Source: Hydrurus foetidus
Taxonomy: Eukaryota
Direction of reading: 5' to 3'
DNA: 64,000 nt
NCBI GenBank assembly: GCA_900617105.1
Contig: UYFQ01000287.1
Coordinates: 1-64,000, forward strand
The stretch's first letter is position 1. Each line of letters opens with the position of its first letter. Below are positions 13,601-25,356 of the stretch, in pieces. Made by a program: the position numbers and the translations under genes. Below the pieces are notes generated by a model. It saw nothing but the letters and a program-made list of their open reading frames with translations. It was not told the DNA's origin and ran no database searches.

Positions 13601-16235
13601 CTACATTGCAAATATTGTTTGTACATATGTGGAGTATACGATACAAGCTCTTAATCATACTTAACATGATCGGTAGAAGTTATTTACAACATATACACCA
13701 TATTACGACTTAAATAGGAGTTTTGTGTACCTGCGAGGTTGTATAACTAACTAACTACGTGTAGATATGATGAGCTACATTGCAAATATTGTTTGTACAT
13801 ATGTGGAGTATACGATACAAGCTCTTAATCATACTTAACATGATCGGTAGAAGTTATTTACAACATATACACCATATTACGACTTAAATAGGAGTTTTGT
13901 GTACCTGCGAGGTTGTATAACTAACTAACTACGTGTAGATATGATGAGCTACATTGCAAATATTGTTTGTACATATGTGGAGTATACGATACAAGCTCTT
14001 AATCATACTTAACATGATCGGTAGAAGTTATTTACAACATATACACCATATTACGACTTAAATAGGAGTTTTATGTACCTGCGAGGTTGTATAACTAACG
14101 AACTACGTGAGATATGATGAGCTACATTGCAAATATTGTTTGTACATATGTGGAGTATACGATACAAGCTCTTAATCATACTTAACATGATCGGTAGAAG
14201 TTATTTACAACATATACACCATATTACGACTTAAATAGGAGTTTTGTGTACCTGCGAGGTTGTATAACTAACTAACTACGTGTAGATATGATGAGCTACA
14301 TTGCAAATATTGTTTGTACATATGTGGAGTATACGATACAAGCTCTTAATCATACTTAACATGATCGGTAGAAGTTATTTACAACATATACACCATATTA
14401 CGACTTAAATAGGAGTTTTGTGTACCTGCGAGGTTGTATAACTAACTAACTACGTGTAGATATGATGAGCTACATTGCAAATATTGTTTGTACATATGTG
14501 GAGTATACGATACAAGCTCTTAATCATACTTAACATGATCGGTAGAAGTTATTTTCAACATATACACCATATTACGACTTAAATAGGAGTTTTGTGTACC
14601 TGCGAGGTTGTATAACTAACTAACTACGTGTAGATATGATGAGCTACATTGCAAATATTGTTTGTACATATGTGGAGTATACGATACAAGCTCTTAATGA
14701 TATTTAACATGATCGGTAGAAGTTATTTACAACATATACACCATATTACGACTTAAATAGGAGTTTTGTGTACCTGCGAGGTTGTATAACTAACTAACTA
14801 CGTGTAGATATGATGAGCTACATTGCAAATATTGTTTGTACATATGTGGAGTATACGATACAAGCTCTTAATCATACTTAACATGATCGGTAGAAGTTAT
14901 TTACAACATATACACCATATTACGACTTAAATAGCAGTTTTATGTACCTGCGAGGTTGTATAACTAACTAACCACGTGTAGATATCATGAGCTACATTGC
15001 AAATATTGTTTGTACATATGTGGAGTACACGATACAAGCTGTTAATGATATTTAACATGATCGGTAGAAGTTATTTTCAACATATACACCATATTTTGAC
15101 TTAAATAGCAGTTTTATGTACCTGCGAGGTTGTATAACTAACTAACTACGTGAGTTATCATGAGCTACATTGCAAATATTGTTTGTACATATGTGGAGTA
15201 CACGATACAAGCTGTTAATGATATTTAACATGATAGGTAGAAGTTATTTTCAACATATACACCATATTTTGACTTAAATAGCAGTTTTATGTACCTGCGA
15301 GGTTGTATAACTGACGAACCACGTGAGTTATCATGAGCTACATTGCAAATATTGCTTGTACATATGTGGACTACACGATACAAGCTGTTAATCATATTTA
15401 ACATGATAGGTAGAAGTTATTTTCAACATATACACCATATTTTGACTTAAATAGCAGTTTTATGTACCTGCGAGGTTGTATAACTGACGAACCACGTCGA
15501 GTTATCATGAGCTACATTGCAGGTATTGCTTGTACATATGTGGACTACACGATACAAGCTGTTAATGATATTTAACATGATAGGTAGAAGTTATTTTCAA
15601 CATATACACCATATTTTGACTTAAATAGCAGTTTTATGTACCTGCGAGGTTGTATAACTGACGAACCACGTCGAGTTATCATGAGCTACATTGCAGGTAT
15701 TGCTTGTACATATGTGGACTACACGATACAAGCTGTTAATGATATTTAACATGATAGGTAGAAGTTATTTTCAACATATACACCATATTTTGACTTAAAT
15801 AGCAGTTTTATGTACCTGCGAGGTTGTATAACTGACGAACCACGTCGAGTTATCATGAGCTACATTGCAGGTATTGCTTGTACATATGTGGACTACACGA
15901 TACAAGCTGTTAATGATATTTAACATGATAGGTAGAAGTTATTTTCAACATATACACCATATTTTGACTTAAATAGCAGTTTTATGTACCTGCGAGGTTG
16001 TATAACTGACGAACCACGTCGAGTTATCATGAGCTACATTGCAGGTATTGCTTGTACATATGTGGACTACACGATACAAGCTGTTAATGATATTTAACAT
16101 GATAGGTAGAAGTTATTTTCAACATATACACCATATTTTGACTTAAATAGCAGTTTTATGTACCTGCGAGGTTGTATAACTGACGAACCACGTCGAGTTA
16201 TCATGAGCTACATTGCAGGTATTGCTTGTACATAT
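7625..16235. repeat. Tandem satellite array 1: 174-bp unit, ~49.5 copies, two subtypes (A flanks, B core)
   Basis: Period 174 (AAATAG at 7625, 7799, 7973...). AT-rich, with no ORF in the six-frame track. Confidence 0.97.
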
Positions 16236-16604
16236 ATGTAGCACTCGAAATGATTTATTGATTGTATCATATATCATGCGTACTGGCGTTTTATATTTTT
16301 TTAGCACCTACAGTAGTCCAGTTTTGAATTTTTTTGATTTTTTCTTGAAGACATTAAAAAAAAAAATATCCCTGCAATCATAATTTTAAGTAGAATTGAC
16401 TCCGCCACAGTTTTTTTCGTTTTTCTCTTCGAATTGATGTCTGATCGTGATTCTGAGCGTATTTTGGATCATCTCCATTTGTTGTGTAAAATCGACCAAC
16501 TTGAGGTACTTGGAACTGAGACTTTTTAATTAATTAAAAATTCCGTGCTTCATCGTAATTGAAAACCTCGCGACGGAGACCATCTGTCACTCAAAATTAT
16601 CAAT

Positions 16605-16637
16605 CCGCTCTCCACTCTCCGCTCTCCGCTCTCCGTC
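16605..16637 (+). promoter_or_regulatory. CTCTCC(G/A) heptamer repeats in the inter-array spacer; possible transposase promoter/TSS element
   Basis: About 4 tandem CTCTCCR units after an AT-rich tract, upstream of array 2 and the transposase. Function is inferred. Confidence 0.3.
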
Positions 16638-16893
16638 CACGAAATTCGTAATTTCCACAAAATCAAAGCTCTTCCTTCGAATCCAGCAAGTAGCGTACCA
16701 TCGAAGTAGAGATTAGGCCACATAAATTTCGACCAGACTCTGGGAGCGCTTTCAAATTCCTGCAGAAGCAGTCAAAATTGCTCCTCGCCATGCAAAATTG
16801 AGACTTTTAGTCAAGCAGATAATTTACAGGTGGGAATTATCAATCCCTCTACAATCAAGATAGCATGCAGGTCGTAGTAGATGATGATGACTA

Positions 16894-19800
16894 CAATATG
16901 CAACTGTAACTAAACGCTGTCTCGCACTGTAAACGCAGAGCTGCGAGTAAAAGTTGGCAGAATCTCGACTCTGAAGAGGCTCGTCGGTCAAATTAAGGTG
17001 AGATCTTGGTGTGTAAGTCACATTTGGTGAGAGTAGAGTTGTTTCACACAATATACAAGATGTCAAATGCAATATGCAACTGTAACTAAACGCTGTCTCG
17101 CACTGTAAACGCAGAGCTGCGAGTAAAAGGTGGCAGAATCTCGACTCTGAAGAGGCTCGTCGGTCAAATTAAGGTGAGATCTTGGTGTGTAAGTCACATT
17201 TGGTGAGAGTAGAGTTGTTTCACACAATATACAAGATGTCAAATGCAATATGCAACTGTAACTAAACGCTGTCTCGCACTGTAAACGCAGAGCTGCGAGT
17301 AAAAGGTGGCAGAATCTCGACTCTGAAGAGGCTCGTCGGTCAAATTAAGGTGAGATCTTGGTGTGTAAGTCACATTTGGTGAGAGTAGAGTTGTTTCACA
17401 CAATATACAAGATGTCAAATGCAATATGCAACTGTAACTAAACGCTGTCTCGCACTGTAAACGCAGAGCTGCGAGTAAAAGGTGGCAGAATCTCGACTCT
17501 GAAGAGGCTCGTCGGTCAAATTAAGGTGAGATCTTGGTGTGTAAGTCACATTTGGTGAGAGTAGAGTTGTTTCACACAATATACAAGATGTCAAATGCAA
17601 TATGCAACTGTAACTAAACGCTGTCTCGCACTGTAAACGCAGAGCTGCGAGTAAAAGTTGGCAGAATCTCGACTCTGAAGAGGCTCGTCGGTCAAATTAA
17701 GGTGAGATCTTGGTGTGTAAGTCACATTTGGTGAGAGTAGAGTTGTTTCACACAATATACAAGATGTCAAATGCAATATGCAACTGTAACTAAACGCTGT
17801 CTCGCACTGTAAACGCAGAGCTGCGAGTAAAAGTTGGCAGAATCTCGACTCTGAAGAGGCTCGTCGGTCAAATTAAGGTGAGATCTTGGTGTGTAAGTCA
17901 CATTTGGTGAGAGTAGAGTTGTTTCACACAATATACAAGATGTCAAATGCAATATGCAACTGTAACTAAACGCTGTCTCGCACTGTAAACGCAGAGCTGC
18001 GAGTAAAAGTTGGCAGAATCTCGACTCTGAAGAGGCTCGTCGGTCAAATTAAGGTGAGATCTTGGTGTGTAAGTCACATTTGGTGAGAGTAGAGTTGTTT
18101 CACACAATATACAAGATGTCAAATGCAATATGCAACTGTAACTAAACGCTGTCTCGCACTGTAAACGCAGAGCTGCGAGTAAAAGTTGGCAGAATCTCGA
18201 CTCTGAAGAGGCTCGTCGGTCAAATTAAGGTGAGATCTTGGTGTGTAAGTCACATTTGGTGAGAGTAGAGTTGTTTCACACAATATACAAGATGTCAAAT
18301 GCAATATGCAACTGTAACTAAACGCTGTCTCGCACTGTAAACGCAGAGCTGCGAGTAAAAGTTGGCAGAATCTCGACTCTGAAGAGGCTCGTCGGTCAAA
18401 TTAAGGTGAGATCTTGGTGTGTAAGTCACATTTGGTGAGAGTAGAGTTGTTTCACACAATATACAAGATGTCAAATGCAATATGCAACTGTAACTAAACG
18501 CTGTCTCGCACTGTAAACGCAGAGCTGCGAGTAAAAGTTGGCAGAATCTCGACTCTGAAGAGGCTCGTCGGTCAAATTAAGGTGAGATCTTCGTGTGTAA
18601 GTCACATTTGGTGAGAGTAGAGTTGTTTCACACAATATACAAGATGTCAAATGCAATATGCAACTGTAACTAAACGCTGTCTCGCACTGTAAACGCAGAG
18701 CTGCGAGTAAAAGTTGGCAGAATCTCGACTCTGAAGAGGCTCGTCGGTCAAATTAAGGTGAGATCTTGGTGTGTAAGTCACATTTGGTGAGAGTAGAGTT
18801 GTTTCACACAATATACAAGATGTCAAATGCAATATGCAACTGTAACTAAACGCTGTCTCGCACTGTAAACGCAGAGCTGCGAGTAAAAGGTGGCAGAATC
18901 TCGACTCTGAAGAGGCTCGTCGGTCAAATTAAGGTGAGATCTTGGTGTGTAAGTCACATTTGGTGAGAGTAGAGTTGTTTCACACAATATACAAGATGTC
19001 AAATGCAATATGCAACTGTAACTAAACGCTGTCTCGCACTGTAAACGCAGAGCTGCGAGTAAAAGGTGGCAGAATCTCGACTCTGAAGAGGCTCGTCGGT
19101 CAAATTAAGGTGAGATCTTGGTGTGTAAGTCACATTTGGTGAGAGTAGAGTTGTTTCACACAATATACAAGATGTCAAATGCAATATGCAACTGTAACTA
19201 AACGCTGTCTCGCACTGTAAACGCAGAGCTGCGAGTAAAAGTTGGCAGAATCTCGACTCTGAAGAGGCTCGTCGGTCAAATTAAGGTGAGATCTTGGTGT
19301 GTAAGTCACATTTGGTGAGAGTAGAGTTGTTTCACACAATATACAAGATGTCAAATGCAATATGCAACTGTAACTAAACGCTGTCTCGCACTGTAAACGC
19401 AGAGCTGCGAGTAAAAGTTGGCAGAATCTCGACTCTGAAGAGGCTCGTCGGTCAAATTAAGGTGAGATCTTGGTGTGTAAGTCACATTTGGTGAGAGTAG
19501 AGTTGTTTCACACAATATACAAGATGTCAAATGCAATATGCAACTGTAACTAAACGCTGTCTCGCACTGTAAACGCAGAGCTGCGAGTAAAAGGTGGCAG
19601 AATCTCGACTCTGAAGAGGCTCGTCGGTCAAATTAAGGTGAGATCTTGGTGTGTAAGTCACATTTGGTGAGAGTAGAGTTGTTTCACACAATATACAAGA
19701 TGTCAAATGCAATATGCAACTGTAACTAAACGCTGTCTCGCACTGTAAACGCAGAGCTGCGAGTAAAAGTTGGCAGAATCTCGACTCTGAAGAGGCTCGT

Positions 19801-20281
19801 CGGTCAAATTAAGGTGAGATCTTGTGTGTAAGTCACATTTGGTGAGAGTAGAGTTGTTTCACACAATATACAAGATGTCAAATGCAATATGCAACTGTAA
19901 CTAAACGCTGTCTCGCACTGTAAACGCAGAGCTGCGAGTAAAAGGTGGCAGAATCTCGACTCTGAAGAGGCTCGTCGGTCAAATTAAGGTGAGATCTTGG
20001 TGTGTAAGTCACATTTGGTGAGAGTAGAGTTGTTTCACACAATATACAAGATGTCAAATGCAATATGCAACTGTAACTAAACGCTGTCTCGCACTGTAAA
20101 CGCAGAGCTGCGAGTAAAAGGTGGCAGAATCTCGACTCTGAAGAGGCTCGTCGGTCAAATTAAGGTGAGATCTTGGTGTGTAAGTCACATTTGGTGAGAG
20201 TAGAGTTGTTTCACACAATATACAAGATGTCAAATGCAATATGCAACTGTAACTAAACGCTGTCTCGCACTGTAAATGTAG
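16894..20281 (+). repeat. Tandem satellite array 2: 176-bp unit, ~19.2 copies, abutting the transposase start
   Basis: Period 176 with near-identical units (one segregating T/G site in AAAAG[T/G]TGG, one 1-bp deletion near 19824, one substitution near 18592). Confidence 0.97.
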
Positions 20282-20283
20282 GG

Positions 20284-23077
20284 ATGCCACCGAAACCGAA
20301 ATCGAAATCCATAAGTAGTTTTTTTGTTAAAAAAATTGACACTAATGTAGAATCTTTCTCCGAATCTGGTGAGGTAATTCAACAAGAGAACATTCTAGTC
20401 AACAAGGACACATCAACCAGTGAAGAATCAGTAGACCATGAGTCTGACAACGAAATAACGCAGCCGAGTTTGAAAAAGATGAGAAATTCATCAATTGCAC
20501 CTGCTTTTCCTTACGAACCGATTCAAATAAAGACAGCTACAAAAGTGGGTAATGTGATATTGACCTCAATAAATGATACTGCGGTACCAATCCTCTCTAT
20601 TAGAGCTCGTGATAGGGCGCCAAGGCTTCTATCTGATTCTCGCATTAGGACTGCAGAGAGAAGAGCTGTAGCATATAGTGCAGCTTCATATGGTGCCGCA
20701 TCTCATAGTGCAGCTTCAAATGATGAAGAAATGACAGAATATAATCAGAACAACAACGTGGAGTATAATAGTGATTGTAATGAAAACGACAATCAATATG
20801 ATCACAATAGTGAGTACGACGAGGAATTCAACAACAATTGCAGTAATGAAGATGTGAATGAGACAGATGAAGCATTATCAGTCAAGTCATCAATAGTTCC
20901 AGAAAGAAAAACATCCTCATTAAAAGAATTCAAAGTTAAGAAGCAAGAGTATGGGAGCAAAAAAGAAATAACGTTACGCCTCGCCGAAAGCAACTCATTG
21001 ACAGGAGACAAAAGTCTCATTACGAAAATTGTCGACGGCATGCTTAGATTATGGTGTAGAGTTTGTAATGTTCCCATACACGCCAACAAGGGTCATACGG
21101 CTTGTCATTCAAAGAGCGTATGCCACACGAAAGGAGTTTCACAAATGAAGGTGGAACTGAACAGCACTATGCTGATGTCGAAAGCACTCGAAAAGTGGAG
21201 AAATCAAATGCCTGACCAAGAAGGATCAACAATTGGTGTGGAAACACAACTATTCCGACTCGAAACTGTCACTGAGTTTATGAGGTGTGGACTTCCATTG
21301 TCTAAAATTGATGGCCTCCGTCTTTACTTGCAAAAGTATTCTCACCTACAACTGACTGACCAGTCACACATGCGATCCTACGTCACTCTAGCCCGTAATA
21401 TGGAAGTAGACCGTATCAAGACAAGTTTGACTTAATCTAATTTCTTTACTGTCATCTTTGATGGCTCTTCTCGCGTTGATGAGGTCCTTGTTGTTATTTT
21501 GCGCTACGTTACTGAAGGTATGATGATTTAGAGTTTGTTGCTTAAATTGAATTCTCCAACCGTTATATCTTGTAAAGGGCTTGTGATGTGTGCCATTATT
21601 TAATTTGCTTCACTACGTACTCTCAATTGTCATGTTATCATTTACATAACTCGATCTTATTTGCTACCAGTGCTATTTAGAGTTTATAGAACTACTAACC
21701 GATTTCAATATTAAATCAAATTCTTTCTTTTTTTCAGACTTTGTTATCCTTCAAGACCTGATACATTGCGGTAAATATGAAAGCTGCAAGACAAATCAGC
21801 AAATCATGAACGCAATCAACGGGGCCTTACAACGATTTCGAGTACCCTACGGTGAAGAAAGCCGGTCTGGTATTACTGAGATGAGCTCGGTTATTTCATT
21901 CCAGAAGGATAGAGCGTCAGCGAACGAGGTTTCCATGATTGGGCTACAGAGTTTGTACAAGGGCTCGAATAACTTGCATTGCATCTCTCACACCATCACG
22001 CACGTCGGTGAACATATGCCAGCTAACGATGCTAAGAGATTCACGGAGGACTTGTGCGCACTCTGCAATAGCCATGGAGGGAATAACAAGGCAGCCAGTC
22101 ACTGGCGTGTCATCTTCTCAACATGCTGGCAACCTCCTGGCAATACACGTTGGTGGGCAAAATTGGAGCTTTACAAAAAAATGTTCTTGAGATTTGATGA
22201 CCTAATCTCGTTCTGCATGACAGCGGAGGCAGATGGCGATATGGAAAGGAGTGCTAGAATGAAAAGGCTATCTGATACAGTTAGCTGTGACGAGCAACGT
22301 GCAATCCTCAGACTTCAGCTCGCTGTACTTACTCTTGTCGCTGGTCATCTCGTATCGGCGACGTACAACTTAGAGGGTGATAAGTGCTGCTCACTAGTTA
22401 CCTATGACACGATCAAGGACTGTGAGTCTTGGCTGAATGATCATTATGAGCACCTTACTTACCCTGGTATTGAAGCAGAAATTGAAGATTGTGTGAAGAC
22501 CCTCATCGGTGGGAATGAATCATATGAAGGCATGGGAGTCGACGAGCTGAAGACGGATCTTCGTGACAAGATAAAGATTATTCTTGATGGTGCGGTGAAG
22601 TATTTCAATAATACTCTGATTATCAAGCTCTCCCCTGACGTGGAGATTTACAGGACATGCAAATTTGCAAATCCTATAGCGATGAGGCATGTCATGTTAT
22701 CGCCCAACACTCTATTGGATTTTAAGGAAGCTGTAAAAAATCTACAGCGTTTCACAAGGAATGAAGTCGAAAACATGGCAGGAGAGTGGCATCAGTACAA
22801 GCGTCTAGTCAATGAATTCGAGATGTTACCCTCTGATAGCACTATGGATGGACAGTTTGAGCGTTGCCCTATATTCTGGGCGCATTACCATAAGGTAATT
22901 CCCACTTTGGCAATCTTCGCTCGCTATTGTATGACATTGACACCTTCATCAGCAGCAGCTGAAAGAGTTTTCTCTCATTTGAAGAGTTCTTTCACCATTG
23001 GTCAGATGAGACAGTCTTTAGAAGACTATACAGAAGGATCTTTAATGTTGCAGTACAACAAATTTCGAGCACTATAG
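20284..23077 (+). pseudogene. hAT transposase with one intron (21518-21737) and an in-frame premature TAA (21433-21435)
   Basis: Zn-finger-like CRVC..H..H; catalytic VIFDGSS, FQKDRASAN, CxxH (HCISH) and SSAAAERVFS in the hATC dimerisation region (FW..P.LA.FA). Exons join in frame across GTATGA..TTTCAG. Confidence 0.85.
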
Positions 23078-23571
23078 AAGATGTCGTTGATATTTAGATT
23101 AGCGCTTGGTGTTAATAGAGTTTTTGAATAATTAAATAGGTGTTAAGGCATGATTAAAATCGTTTTAAAATCATTCTTAGTGCGTGAACAGAGAGCAGAT
23201 TTTTCTAGGGGGGACACGTCCCCCCAAAACCCCCCTTTGGGGGAACCCTTCCCGTTCCCCCCACACCCCCTACCCGTACCAGCAATCCTGGGCAGGATTG
23301 CAAATAATGACAGGCAAGATCCGCCTGAGCCTAATGTGAGGTATGATTACGAAGCTTTTCATTCGTGCATGACATGCAACAAGAACCACAAATTTCAATC
23401 TGCTATGAGAGACAGAATGAGGCTGACGTGTCTTACCGCGGCATCTTAAGCTAGTGATTTTAGGACGAAAATGGATTAGTGCAGCTTCATTCCAAATTTT
23501 AGAACTTGTTTTGTATCTGGTGGGAGCACATCGTTCATATTAATTACTGGAGATTAGAAAGAACTGTCATC

Positions 23572-25352
23572 ATGAACTTCGAAACCCTCCATAGTGGATT
23601 TATTAAGAAACCATTGCCGAACTCGATGGGTAGTCAGACGGCATCAACAAGTTCTAGCTCTTCCACCTCATATTTTGCAAGCGCTAGATTGAAAAACGAG
23701 AAATTGAGAAACTATTTCGACGATGACGATGATGAAACCACAAGCTATACTGAACCCTCAAAAGCCTTACCCGATAATGACGACTACGACCCTCTGGATG
23801 CATTCATGTATGCCTGCATTGCTTTTCAGATGCTCTGACGAAGCCCCGCTCTTCAAAATGTAGTAACGGTGTGTCTTCTGCGATTGTAGGGCTGGCGTTC
23901 AAGAAGAAGTGCAGTCAGCAGTGAATCTGATTGGATCGAGTGAACCCCGCCCCGAAATCGTTAGCGGTCAGGACCATAGTGACTATGAAGTGAATCTTTC
24001 TGATACAGATGAACCGCCCCATGTCGCCGAGGGGGAAGATGTCAGTTATGATTCAGATGGCTGTCCTATTCTTGACCCCAAAAAAGTTGGAGAAAAAATG
24101 AGAATTGAGCCTTTGCAAGCAACCGATCACTTGACAATATCTTATAAACCATTTCGTAGAAATTTTTACAAAGCAACTGCTGAATCAATCTCCATGACCG
24201 AAACAGAGGTTGTGAATCTACGGGATGAATTAGAGGTCAGCGTACTCGGATCCGACGCACCTAGGCCTGTGAAGACATTTGCGGCATCATGTCTTCCTCC
24301 TAACTTGCTCAAAGAAATCGGCAAAGTAGGGTTTGAAAGACCAACATCGATTCAGGCACAAGCACTGCCTATTGCGCTGTCCGGCAGAGATCTCATTGGA
24401 CTGGCGAAGACAGGGTCAGGTGAGGAACTGCTACAGCACTTTAAGAATTAAAGCTGCTAACTGTCACTTCTGTGTACAATTATGACGTGAACTTATCTTT
24501 CACACTTTTCTACGGACCGAACAGGAAAGACTCTTGCGTATGTCTGGCCTATGCTGGTTCACATTTTGGATCAACCGCAGATGCAGATAGGAGACGGCCC
24601 CATAGGGATCATTCTATCGCCTACAAGAGAATTAGCATCCCAGATATTCACAGAAGCTAAGAAATTCTCCAAAGTTTTTAGTATACGAGTTTGTGCTGTT
24701 TTTGGTGGGGGTGGGAAGTGGGAGATGGTGAAAGCATTGAAGGAAGCACCTGAGATAGTCGTGGCAACTCCAGGGAGATTCATAGAGCTAATACGCTCAA
24801 AAGCAACAAATCTCCATCGTTGCACTATGGTGGTTCTCGACGAGGCCGACAGGATGTTCGAAATGGGCTTCGAGTATCAAATGCGCTCTATTGTGAACAA
24901 TGTGCGCCCCGACAGACAGACACTGCTATTTTCTGCAACCATGAAAAAGAAGGTCGAAGGCTTTGCTAGAGAGCTGCTGAGCAATCCTATCAGGATAGTT
25001 GTAGGTACAATCGGTCAGGCAAATCCTGACATTCGACAGGTAATGTCTTAGAAGAACATCGTACTCTCCGTTACAATCGTCCTACAAGTAGTGTTTTCAA
25101 CAGCTGACTGTACCAATGCGTAGGTTGTTGAGATAGTGGACAATGAGGCTGCCAAGTGGACGTGGCTGTCTGAGAGAGCGGATGAGTATGTCGCGGAGGG
25201 CAAGGTGCTGATCTTCGTGTTGAGCAAGGTCGGGGTGGAGGAAATCGCGGCATCTCTGAGAAGGTACTTCACCAACAGGCAGGCAGTGCGCTGCGCTGCG
25301 TACACCTAAAGCGTAACAACCCGCCCTATTGACCTCTCAGGCACTTCATGGC
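23572..25352 (+). pseudogene. DDX42: DEAD-box RNA helicase DDX42-like, 3'-truncated
   Basis: DPLDAFM, Q motif GFERPTSIQ, AKTGSGKT, PTRELA, GGGKWE, TPGR, DEAD, SAT, LIFV, ALHG; then an abrupt junction to transposon DNA. Motifs V and VI are absent from the window. Confidence 0.8.
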
Positions 25353-25356
25353 CCGT

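Larger units (their letters stand above)
7231..23333 (+). mobile_element. hAT-superfamily DNA transposon, 16.1 kb, carrying two internal satellite arrays
   Basis: Imperfect 25-bp TIRs: TAGGCTGTGGCGAACACTGCCTATC (7231-7255) vs reverse complement TAGGCTCAGGCGGATCTTGCCTGTC (23309-23333), 18/25 identical. Both ends carry ATCCTG..CAGGAT subterminal palindromes, and a hAT transposase lies inside. No 8-bp TSD. Confidence 0.75.

Noticed and set aside
7625..16235. 174-bp unit as a 58-codon coding repeat or alternative genetic code
   Set aside because: No ORF in any frame, and A/B differences fall on all three codon positions. Host genes here end in TAA, TAG and TGA, so the transposase TAA is not reassigned either.
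7660..16995. Hammerhead ribozyme (retrozyme-like) satellites: CTGACGA in array 1A and CTGAAGA in array 2
   Set aside because: Neither has the required GAAA after a stem II. An Infernal hammerhead scan would settle it.
7625..20281. CRISPR-like or guide-RNA array
   Set aside because: Units are near-identical along their whole length. There are no unique spacers and no nuclease other than the hAT transposase.
16824..20290. Repeated 61-aa minus-strand ORFs (MHLTSCILCE...)
   Set aside because: A by-product of the 176-bp period (not a multiple of 3), with non-ATG starts and no domain.
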